Assembly (NCBI RefSeq): GCF_000253055.1
Contig: NC_016070.1
Span: forward strand, 240,001-272,000
Source: Thermoproteus tenax Kra 1
GTDB taxonomy: Archaea; Thermoproteota; Thermoprotei; Thermoproteales; Thermoproteaceae
Direction: 5' to 3'
DNA length: 32,000 nucleotides
Position 1 is the first letter of the stretch. Each line of letters opens with the position of its first letter. Of the stretch, positions 8,538-16,260 are shown piece by piece. The notes below the pieces were generated by a model that saw only the letters and a list, made by a program, of their open reading frames with translations, had not been told where the DNA came from and ran no database searches. The translations under genes were made by a program, and so were the position numbers.

Positions 8538-9771
8538 GGCGGCCGCCCTGCTTTTGATCCTGCTGGCCGTGGCTGCGTCGGCCTACCAAGTGACTGTGGA
8601 GGTCGTGGACGGGACCACTGGGCAGATCCTTAACTCGATCATCGAGATACTGCAGGGAAATCAGACAGTGGCCATATCAGGCACCGGCCTCTACCAAGGG
8701 GATCTACCGCCGGGGACCTATACCGCATTAGTTCAGATCCCCCGCTGGGGGGTCACTATGGCTCAACAGTTCTCTGTGCCCACCGGAGGGCCCGTGAAAA
8801 TAGTAGTGCCCACGGCGATTTTGACCGCCGAGGCTTGGGACATGGCCTTGGACGAAGTGGGCAACTGGCCTTTGTCGATCATTCTGAACGGAGTCCCCAT
8901 AGCCACGGGCGTAGGGCGCGTGTCCACAGAGGTCTATGCAAACACGACGACCTCATACGTAGTGGCCGTCTATTCGCCGTATGGGACCTTCAATAGGACA
9001 GTCTTTGTCTCACAGGGACAGAACATTACGGCGCGCGTGGATGTGCCCACGGCTCTGATCAGAGTTGCATTATACGACGAGGCCGCCGGCGGGCCGGCCA
9101 ACTTCACAGTGCTTTTGATCAACAGCGAGGGCGCAGTCGCGGCGAAGGGGACCGGCGAGATATCGGGCGAGTTTCTGGCGGGGAGCTATACGGCATCCTC
9201 CATATTGAGGCTGGGGGCCTGCCAGCTGACCTACAACGAGACGGTCGAGGCGAAGCCCGGCGCCAGGGTGAACGAGACTGTGATGGTGCCCACGGCGTTT
9301 CTCTATATCTATGCCCAGAGCCCCTTGGGGGCCCCCGTCAAGAACGCCACTGTGGCTGTGTACTGCCTGGGGAAGCTCGCCTTGAACTCCAGCGGCTGGC
9401 CCGTGAAGGCCGAAGTCCTGGCCAACTACAACTACACGGTCGTCGCCAGCTACAAGAACTTGACCGCAACGGCGTGGGTTATCCCGCGCGCAGGCGCCGT
9501 ATCTACGGTCTACCTCAATCTGACTGTGCCGACCGCCCCAATCAAGGTGACTCCGCCGTCCCCAAGGACTACAACTACTACCTCCAGGACGACCGCGGCG
9601 CCTCCTCTGACCACCACTACGGCCAAGCCGCCCTCCTCCAGCGGAGCATCTGCCAACAGAGGCGCGCCGCCGGGCGAGATCTACGCCTATCTCCTGGCTC
9701 TGGGCGGGTCCATCTCCATCGCCCTAGCCCTCGGCGTCCTCCTGTTTGCCCTCTACGCGAGGAGGGCCTAG
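8530..9771 (+). CDS. Secreted, membrane-anchored surface protein with repeated carboxypeptidase-regulatory/Ig-like domains
   Basis: Signal peptide MLKAAALLLILLAVAASA; repeats of VTVEVVDGTTGQ/IRVALYDEAAGGP/LYIYAQSPLGAPVKNATVAVY type; many N-glycosylation sequons; Thr/Pro stalk TTTTTSRTTAAPPLTTTTAKPP; C-terminal TM and RRA. Confidence 0.8.
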   Translation: MLKAAALLLILLAVAASAYQVTVEVVDGTTGQILNSIIEILQGNQTVAISGTGLYQGDLPPGTYTALVQIPRWGVTMAQQFSVPTGGPVKIVVPTAILTAEAWDMALDEVGNWPLSIILNGVPIATGVGRVSTEVYANTTTSYVVAVYSPYGTFNRTVFVSQGQNITARVDVPTALIRVALYDEAAGGPANFTVLLINSEGAVAAKGTGEISGEFLAGSYTASSILRLGACQLTYNETVEAKPGARVNETVMVPTAFLYIYAQSPLGAPVKNATVAVYCLGKLALNSSGWPVKAEVLANYNYTVVASYKNLTATAWVIPRAGAVSTVYLNLTVPTAPIKVTPPSPRTTTTTSRTTAAPPLTTTTAKPPSSSGASANRGAPPGEIYAYLLALGGSISIALALGVLLFALYARRA

Positions 9772-10715
9772 AGCGAGCCGAAGACCTTGGTCTTCCAGAT
9801 GTCGTAGAGGCCCTTCAGTTGTACCAATGGGACTCCCTTGGTCATTCTGTATGTGAAATACTGTTTGAACTTGTCCGGGTCCTTCATATAGGACCACTCG
9901 TCCACCTCCACCTCTATAGTGCCGCTCTTCATCTCGCTCGATATGGCCTGCGAGAGCACTGAGGCTTGCCAGAGGGCCCCCCAGCCGATGGGCGGAAGCC
10001 CTATCTTCATTAACGACGAGTCGCCTATAATGTAGGTTCTGTCATACTGAGTCTCAAAGAGGGAGCCCACCTTGAGGCCCTTGGCCAACGGATGGAGGTA
10101 GAGCTCTGGGACGACCACGTGCAGCTCGCCCCGGCGATCGTTCGGCGGCGGCTCCTCAGTGAACAAAACGCCGTGTTTCTCGAAGGTCTCCTTATAGGCG
10201 TCGAAGAGCCACTTGTAGTCGGGATGGACGTAGACCATGTGGATGGAGACCTCCTTCTGAGGCCACAGCGTCTTTATCGATATAGCAACCTCGCCGAAGC
10301 CCATTATGGGATAGAGCTCGTCTACGACGAATCTGACCGCGGTGGCCGCAGACACTGAGTTGAAGAAAGCCTCGGCCCCCTCAACTGAGAAGAAGTCGTC
10401 GCCGACCTTGAAGGAGCCCACTGCGAGCACGTTGTAGTCGCCTCTGACGATCTCCCCGCTGGACAGCTTAAGGCCGCTCTCCCTTACGTCGACTACCTCG
10501 TCTCTGACGTATTTAACCCGCTTCAAGCCGTCTAGCGGCATTCTGAGATCCTCGAATTTGACAAGGCCCGCGAGCGCCATAGGTATACCCATCACGAACT
10601 CGTGGTACGGCTTCGGGTCAATAAGATAGATCTTGACGTCCTCCAACTGGGACGCCAGCTTGTATGCCAGGTAGACGCCCGATATTCCTCCGCCGGCGAT
10701 CACAATACTTTTCAT
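9768..10715 (-). CDS. FAD/NAD(P)-dependent oxidoreductase (NDH-2/sulfide:quinone reductase-like)
   Basis: N-terminal dinucleotide fold IVIAGGGISGVYLAYKLASQL; YNVLAVGS; YIIGDSSLMKIGLPPIGWGALWQASVLS. Confidence 0.8.
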   Translation of the reverse strand: MKSIVIAGGGISGVYLAYKLASQLEDVKIYLIDPKPYHEFVMGIPMALAGLVKFEDLRMPLDGLKRVKYVRDEVVDVRESGLKLSSGEIVRGDYNVLAVGSFKVGDDFFSVEGAEAFFNSVSAATAVRFVVDELYPIMGFGEVAISIKTLWPQKEVSIHMVYVHPDYKWLFDAYKETFEKHGVLFTEEPPPNDRRGELHVVVPELYLHPLAKGLKVGSLFETQYDRTYIIGDSSLMKIGLPPIGWGALWQASVLSQAISSEMKSGTIEVEVDEWSYMKDPDKFKQYFTYRMTKGVPLVQLKGLYDIWKTKVFGSL

Positions 10716-10814
10716 AGGTAAAGCGTCTTTTGATAAATAAATATCTTACGTAGCGCCGGCGGGCCGATATAGAATTTTAAAAGTTTCCCCGAGGGCCCGC
10801 ACGGCGGAAAACGG

Positions 10815-10976
10815 CTAGGTTGCCCCTCCCACGTAGCCATGTTTCTCGAGCAAGAGCTTGATGGCCGCTCTTATGGCCTCGCTGCGGTTCTGATACAGCC
10901 CGTCTTTGACGAGAGCGTCGAGATCCTCGAGCATCTTCGCCGTTATTCTAAACGTCACGAGGGCCATCTCATCCAT
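10815..10976 (-). CDS. Ribbon-helix-helix (CopG/Arc-type) DNA-binding protein, 53 aa, missed by the ORF track
   Basis: Hand-translated minus strand: MDEMALVTFRITAKMLEDLDALVKDGLYQNRSEAIRAAIKLLLEKHGYVGGAT. It has the RHH beta-strand, LDxLVxxGxYxNRSEAIRxAI helix pattern. Confidence 0.88.
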   Translation of the reverse strand: MDEMALVTFRITAKMLEDLDALVKDGLYQNRSEAIRAAIKLLLEKHGYVGGAT

Positions 10977-11059
10977 AACGCCTTAACGGACATCCATATC
11001 TTAATTTTTCCGTAGCGCCGACTATAGTTAATGATAAAAACTATGCCGCGACTTCCGCC

Positions 11060-11884
11060 GTGATCGACGTACTGCCCGCCGTAGCGGCCGCGCTTATCTG
11101 GGCCTACGCCTCAGTCTCCTACAAGTCCTATGTTGAGGAGCTGGGGGTCTTCTCGCTCAACTTTCTCAGAATGGCGTACGCGGCCGCGGCGCTGGCCGTC
11201 CCAAGCCTTCTGTTGGGGCTCGGAGGAGGCGGGGCTGCCTACGCCGCTGTGAGCGGCGTCCTCTCCCTGGTAGTCGGCGACTCCCTCTACCTCAAGGCCA
11301 TTCAGAAGTCCGGCGTCTCAGTGGCCGTGCCCGCGGCCTACACCTACGTCCTCATGGAGCAGTTCGTGGCTGTCACTATGGGCGAGCCGCTCAAGGCGAC
11401 CTATCTCGTTGCCGGAGCCCTCGTGGTGTTCGGCGTCTATCTTCTGGCGGCTGGAGGCGGAGGGAGGGGGCCTGCTGGCATTCCCTACGCCCTGGGGGCC
11501 GCGCTGGCGTGGGCGCTCGGATACGCCGCAGTGAAGGCGGCGGGCATCGGCGGAGTGAGCCCCATATCGATCGCCTTCTTGCGCGTGGCGACCGCCCTCC
11601 CCGTTTTGGCCGCGTTAAATAGGCCAGCGGAGCTCGTCGGCGGGCTCAAGAGGACTTGGAGATCGGCTCTTCCCGTGGTAGCGGCGCTTGACCTCGGGGG
11701 CGGCTCGGCGTTGTTCGCGTACTCTGCCACTGAGGTTGGGCTCGGCCTAACCGTCATAATAACGGGCGTGGCCCCCTTGGCTTCACAGCTCATCGCGAGG
11801 GCGCTTGGGAGGGAGAGGCCGAGCGCGAGGGAGTACGCCGCTGCAGCCGCGATATTTTTGGCCATAGCTATCACAAGCCTATGA
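11060..11884 (+). CDS. DMT-superfamily (EamA) transporter
   Basis: About ten hydrophobic segments; two EamA-like halves (AAALIWAYASVSYK and GAALAWALGYAAVKAAG); GATAAAAAC about 24 nt upstream of the GTG start. Confidence 0.85.
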   Translation: MIDVLPAVAAALIWAYASVSYKSYVEELGVFSLNFLRMAYAAAALAVPSLLLGLGGGGAAYAAVSGVLSLVVGDSLYLKAIQKSGVSVAVPAAYTYVLMEQFVAVTMGEPLKATYLVAGALVVFGVYLLAAGGGGRGPAGIPYALGAALAWALGYAAVKAAGIGGVSPISIAFLRVATALPVLAALNRPAELVGGLKRTWRSALPVVAALDLGGGSALFAYSATEVGLGLTVIITGVAPLASQLIARALGRERPSAREYAAAAAIFLAIAITSL

Positions 11885-12188
11885 GGCCCCCTCTGGAAAT
11901 CAATTCTGCTCCAGTGTTTTGTTTACCTGGGGTCCACTCCAAGATTCTGAAAATCGATCCAGTGGGGTACGAGGAGACGTCAATGTCAAATTTTCCAAAA
12001 ATTCGTTGAGAAGCTTCTAAAAAATACATTTATTGTTTCGGAATAGTTGAATAAAAACAATTAAAATCGGAATTTATCTAGAAATTTATCAGAGGATCGA
12101 CGAGGGAGCGGCAACATATACACTTAGGTCGATCGATATCTCGATAAAAATACAATGATAGTTTTTAAAATTCAATATTCGTCCACAT

Positions 12189-12831
12189 ATGAGGACTATT
12201 ATACTTAGAAACGCAGTGGTGGAGATAGATAGCAATGCCCTAGTGGCTCACACCGAGTTCGGCCTATTCTCGTTGCACAAGTTCGACAGAATCTTCTCGC
12301 TCGATGGAGCTCTAAACGGGGTAGACCTTCCTGTGGATTTAGACTCGCCCGACGTCAGCCCAAGAGTAGCGCTCGAGCTCTTGCTCCAGACTGTGGTCAG
12401 CGCCTTGGACCCCATGTGGCTCAACGGCGGGGCCGTCAAAGTATCTGTGGTCGGCCCTCCGGGGGCTGGCAAGAGCACCTTTCGTGCGCCGTCTCCTTGG
12501 GCTTCCGCTGTCGAGAGGCCCGACCATTTCTCCAGAGAGGCATGTGGCGGTCATAATGGGGCTGAGGGCCGAGCTGTTGGATATGCCCGGGGGAGTCCCG
12601 CCGCCTCAAGACGCAGACTGCGCCATAGTGGTGGCGCCGTTGAACGCTGCGTGGGATCTGAGGGATTTTAGAGCCAAGCGCACTGTGTTGATAGGATCCT
12701 TCCCGCCGGACCGCGGCCTGCTTGAAACGTACCAGAGTATGTTGTTCCCCGAGGAGACGTTTGTGTTAGATCTGAGGGAGGCGCCTCGTTGGCGCCTAGC
12801 TCAAGCAGCCTCTGCGTGCGTTGAGGCGTGA
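12189..12831 (+). pseudogene. GTPase-like P-loop protein split by a +1 frameshift inside/after Walker A (ORFs 12189..12671 and 12484..12831)
   Basis: KVSVVGPPGAGKSTF continues in another frame as VRRLLGLPLSRGPTISPERHVAVIMGLRAELLDMPGG. The TTT at 12480-12482 appears to carry one extra T (ACCTTTCGT versus ACCTTCGTG). Confidence 0.75.
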
Positions 12832-13747
12832 TCCGCGCGCTCAGAGCTTATTGGGACAACAGAGGCGTGGGCAAGGCCATGAAGCACTTCGCCAAGGCTA
12901 TAGGCGGCATTAGAGGGCTGTTGAACTTCGCCAGCTGGGAGCGATACTATCTGTACTTAGTCGCTGAATCGGCGAGGGCCTGCGGGTGGAGTTGCGACAG
13001 CGGGGCGAGTTCGGCAGGATGCTCGTCGAGTTGGCCCGGAGGCAGGGCCTCCTCACAAAGGACTGCGAAATAAAGATGGTCAAGAGGCCGCGCGACCCCG
13101 AATCGGCCTTGATCGCGGACTTTCTGAAGCTATACGACTGGCTAGTCGACAACGCGTGCAAGCTTGCCAGCGCCGACCGGATATCGGACGTAGTCTCAGA
13201 AGATACGGCCTACAGGCTCTACGTCCAGCTCTTGAACAAGGAGGCATATAGGGCATTCCGCCGATCTCTCTACGCGGGTCTCGAGGTGCCCAGGTGGGGG
13301 CGCGTGCTCCTGTTGGGGGCAGGTCTGATAGAGCCGGCGAACTTCGTTGAGGCAGCCCAGATGCTCGGCGTGAGGCCCGACTTCGCTGTGCAAGAGGTGG
13401 ACAGAGAGATCTGCGAGGAACTCATGAGGCTATCTTCGAGCTACAACTACACCGTATACTGCGGCTACGATATAGGCGAGAGTTTCGACGGAGTTGTGGT
13501 ACAGAACGTACTCCACTGGGCTGAGGACCCACAACGCGTCTTAATTGAGGCGCGGAGGCTGGGGAGGCGCATGTTGTGTTCGCAAGGCGTCATCGAGGGC
13601 GCGAGCGTCGGATTCCTCTAGACCTACGTCGCTGGCGCCCGCCGTTATTTCTCATGGAGGGAAGTAGAGGGCATGGCCAAGAGAGCCAGCTGGAGGCTAC
13701 AAGAGCGCTACGCTAAATATCCAGACTATCTGGCCATCTTCACATAA
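12828..13747 (+). pseudogene. SAM-dependent methyltransferase-like gene with a frameshift near 12970-12985 and an in-frame TAG at 13619-13621
   Basis: Frame 1 (12828..13073) runs into frame 2 (12986..13621), whose upstream in-frame codons read EGLRVELRQRGEFG. SAM motif I RVLLLGAGL and FDGVVVQNVLHWAEDPQRVLIEARRLG. After the TAG, 41 more in-frame codons (TYVAGARRYFSWREVEGMAKRASWRLQERYAKYPDYLAIFT) end at TAA 13747. Confidence 0.7.
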
Positions 13748-14069
13748 GGCCGGGGCCCTCTGAGATGTCCCATAAGTTGCCCCCAAGCTGGGCGAGGAGG
13801 CCTCGGCCGGAGCCTAGGTGACAGATTCGCGCCGTCCAGCCCAATGCCCCCAAGGGGCCTCCTCCATGTCTACCGCCGTTTAGTTGCGAGGGCCGTGGAG
13901 GCGGCTGCGGCGGCCCAACACGAGAGGTGCGGAGCAAATGAGGCGGCCGATATACTTGAGGGCTCGCGCGGGCTCTATCGGGCTTGGCGACAAGGCGCTC
14001 CTAGAGGCGGCGGACTCTCCGCCAGCTCCGGGGCTCGCTGAATTTATTAATATAGGACAAGGTAGGCCC

Positions 14070-14873
14070 GTGTTGTTGGACAGGCTGTACAAGAATTTCC
14101 CCAGGAACGCCGGCTTCTTCTCAGAGGCTCTGAGACTCGAGAGGGAGTTGGAGGGACTAACGTACGCACCTGCGTCGGCCGCGGCTCTGACTTTGATCTG
14201 CCCGAGGAGGGCCCTGTGCGAGGCGCGGGAGCTCGAGCTCGAGGCCTTCGCTAGAGCCCTCCGCGACAGAGTAAAATACGCCGTCTTGCTGAAGATAGCC
14301 GACCAGAAACACGTCGACCTTCTGACGAAGAGGGCTCTGAGGGGGGACGAGAGATCTCTGCGGAGCCTGTTGAACATAGGCAGAGGGATAACTGCGGAGG
14401 ACTTAGCCCGCATCCTTCCTGAGCTGAGGGAGGAGTTCGAGAAGGCCAGGAGGGCCAGCGCGAAGGTCTTCGTCACAGCTGCCCGAGGCCTTGTGAGGGA
14501 GGCTGCAGTGTATGTGAAATACGCTGAACCTCACCCGTTCGCAGGCATGGGCCATCTCTATCAGAGCCACGTTTTCTACGCGGTCGCAGGTCTCGGCGAA
14601 GACTACGTCTACCTCTTCCGTATAGACAAAGGCGCCGACACGAGGAGGCTGGCGCTGGCCGAGGGCGATGTAGCGCCCTCCGCCTTCAGAAGGAGGAAGA
14701 TAAAGGTGCATATATACTCGCCCGGCGTAGGGATACGCTCCTACCAAGAGGAGGCGGCGGACCCGACGCCCAGATACAGAGCGCTGATCGGAGGCGAATG
14801 CAGACCCGACCGGCACTGCCTTTCTTGTAGATACAAGGAGCCATGCGAGTGCGCGGCAAAGGGAAACGCGTGA
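14070..14873 (+). CDS. Hypothetical protein with four clustered C-terminal cysteines; weak Cas4/PD-(D/E)XK FeS-nuclease resemblance
   Basis: ICPRRALCEARELELEA near the N-terminus and ECRPDRHCLSCRYKEPCEC at the C-terminus. GTG start revised to 14070, about 24 nt after TTTATTAATA. Confidence 0.55.
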   Translation: MLLDRLYKNFPRNAGFFSEALRLERELEGLTYAPASAAALTLICPRRALCEARELELEAFARALRDRVKYAVLLKIADQKHVDLLTKRALRGDERSLRSLLNIGRGITAEDLARILPELREEFEKARRASAKVFVTAARGLVREAAVYVKYAEPHPFAGMGHLYQSHVFYAVAGLGEDYVYLFRIDKGADTRRLALAEGDVAPSAFRRRKIKVHIYSPGVGIRSYQEEAADPTPRYRALIGGECRPDRHCLSCRYKEPCECAAKGNA

Positions 14874-14981
14874 GGTATCCCGCGGCGTCGTCGCGCCGCA
14901 TCACAGGGGCCTCGCAGGCCTCTCGCGGCGCGTCGCGGCAGTGATATCTGGGGATCAACAATTTAAACTTTTGGCCGGCCA

Positions 14982-16130
14982 CTAGGCCCCTTCCTCCTCC
15001 CTCAGTTTGAGGAACACGTAGCCGGCCGCTATAATGAACGCGGCCGCGATGGGCATCAGAAGAGGAGGCCCCACATCGATGAGGTATCCGGCCGCCGCAG
15101 CTGATGGCGTCGCAGCTATCCTCATGGATATGCTGGCTACTGCGGGCGTCGTCGCCTCGCTCCCCTCAGCCGCTGCGCCCGAGATGAAGGAGGAGCGCGC
15201 AGTTCCGCCTATGCCGACCATGGCGTTGTAGAGCATATACATAACGACGAATATTGCGCCGTTGGGGGCCAGGGGGAGGGCCGCCAGTAGGGCGCCCGAG
15301 GCGAATCTGCTCGCGGCCGAGGCCTTGACCATCCCGAGCCTTCTGACGAAGGCGTGGGCGAAGAGCGAGGCCGTGGAGAAGGCGAGGTTCCCCAGGGCGA
15401 AGATGACGCCGATGGCGGCCTTGCCCACCCCCAGGTAGACGTTCATCCACAGAGAGAGCAGCGAGTTGGAGAGGCCCACGCCTACTCCGGCCAAGAGCTG
15501 GCTGAGGGAGTAGACCCAGACGGTGTTGGCCCTTTTGGCGACTCCAGCGAGGGGGTTTATGCGCCGCACAGTCTCGCCGCGCCCCAGCCAGAGTAGCACG
15601 AGGAGCGCAGCCGCCGAGACTGAGCCGATGAACAACGCCAGAGCCTCACGCAGGTTCAACAGGCCCGCGAGTAGCGAGCCGACGATCCCCCCTGCAGTCG
15701 AGAGGAAGTTTATGGCGCCCAAGTCCCTCGTCCTCTCGAGGGCGCCGCGGGCGTTCCTCCTCACCAGCGCCATAATGAGGGGCACGAAGCTGCCCCTGGT
15801 GGCGCCGGGGCCCAACATGCCTAAGCCGCTGAGCCCTAGGGCTATGGCGATCGCCCAGGGATTCTTCGTGGCGCCCAATACGAGGAGCGCGGCGGCGAAG
15901 GCGGTTTCGCTTACGGCGAGGCCTCTGGCGTGGCCCACTACGTCGCCCAACGCGGCGTAGAGTATAGAGGAGCCCAGAGATATAAGGCCGGCCACTGTGA
16001 CGGCGACTCCCGCCATGAGGGCGCTGCCGGTCAAGCTCTTCAGATAGAGGGGAACTACTACGGCGAGATAGCCCGTGGCCAAGTTCCTCAAGAACCTCTC
16101 CAGGCCTATGGCCACCTGATATCGCCGCAC
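14982..16130 (-). CDS. MFS transporter, about 382 aa
   Basis: Twelve-TM-type protein. Start revised from 16463 to GTG 16130, with TTTTAAG at about 16151-16157 as TATA; the 111-residue track extension is antisense to the MCM gene. Confidence 0.82.
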   Translation of the reverse strand: MRRYQVAIGLERFLRNLATGYLAVVVPLYLKSLTGSALMAGVAVTVAGLISLGSSILYAALGDVVGHARGLAVSETAFAAALLVLGATKNPWAIAIALGLSGLGMLGPGATRGSFVPLIMALVRRNARGALERTRDLGAINFLSTAGGIVGSLLAGLLNLREALALFIGSVSAAALLVLLWLGRGETVRRINPLAGVAKRANTVWVYSLSQLLAGVGVGLSNSLLSLWMNVYLGVGKAAIGVIFALGNLAFSTASLFAHAFVRRLGMVKASAASRFASGALLAALPLAPNGAIFVVMYMLYNAMVGIGGTARSSFISGAAAEGSEATTPAVASISMRIAATPSAAAAGYLIDVGPPLLMPIAAAFIIAAGYVFLKLREEEGA

Positions 16131-16260
16131 ACATCGATATATCGACCAACTTTTAAGTTTGTATACTGCCTTATAGGAGGCAATGTGTGATACTTCCGGA
16201 TTACTCTCTACGCACACATTTTTTCCGAGTTCCCTTAAATGGCCTGGAGCTCCCCTATAC
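16131..16260. promoter_or_regulatory. Divergent promoter region between the MFS transporter and MCM
   Basis: Minus-oriented CTTAAAAG near 16155 (25 nt from 16130) and plus-oriented CTTAAAT near 16237 (24 nt from 16261). Confidence 0.55.

Noticed and set aside
13619-13621. TAG as a pyrrolysine or other recoded codon
   Set aside because: The same gene and its upstream neighbour also carry frameshifts, which favours pseudogenisation; pyrrolysine is not expected in this type of crenarchaeon.
13844-14041. 65-aa ORF (MPPRGLLHVYRRLVARAVEAAAAAQHERCGANEAADILEG...) that could be a HEPN-like fragment
   Set aside because: Only a weak helical resemblance; short, with no clear promoter. Could be a remnant but cannot be supported by eye.
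14070-14873. Calling this gene cas4 outright
   Set aside because: No convincing D/E-x-K catalytic site could be placed, and no cas genes or CRISPR repeats exist in the window; left as hypothetical with weak resemblance.
14880-14945. GC-rich inverted repeat GCGGCG-TCGTCG-CGCCGC as a terminator or sRNA
   Set aside because: Such short GC palindromes are expected by chance in this composition; there is no T-run or promoter on the same strand to support a function.
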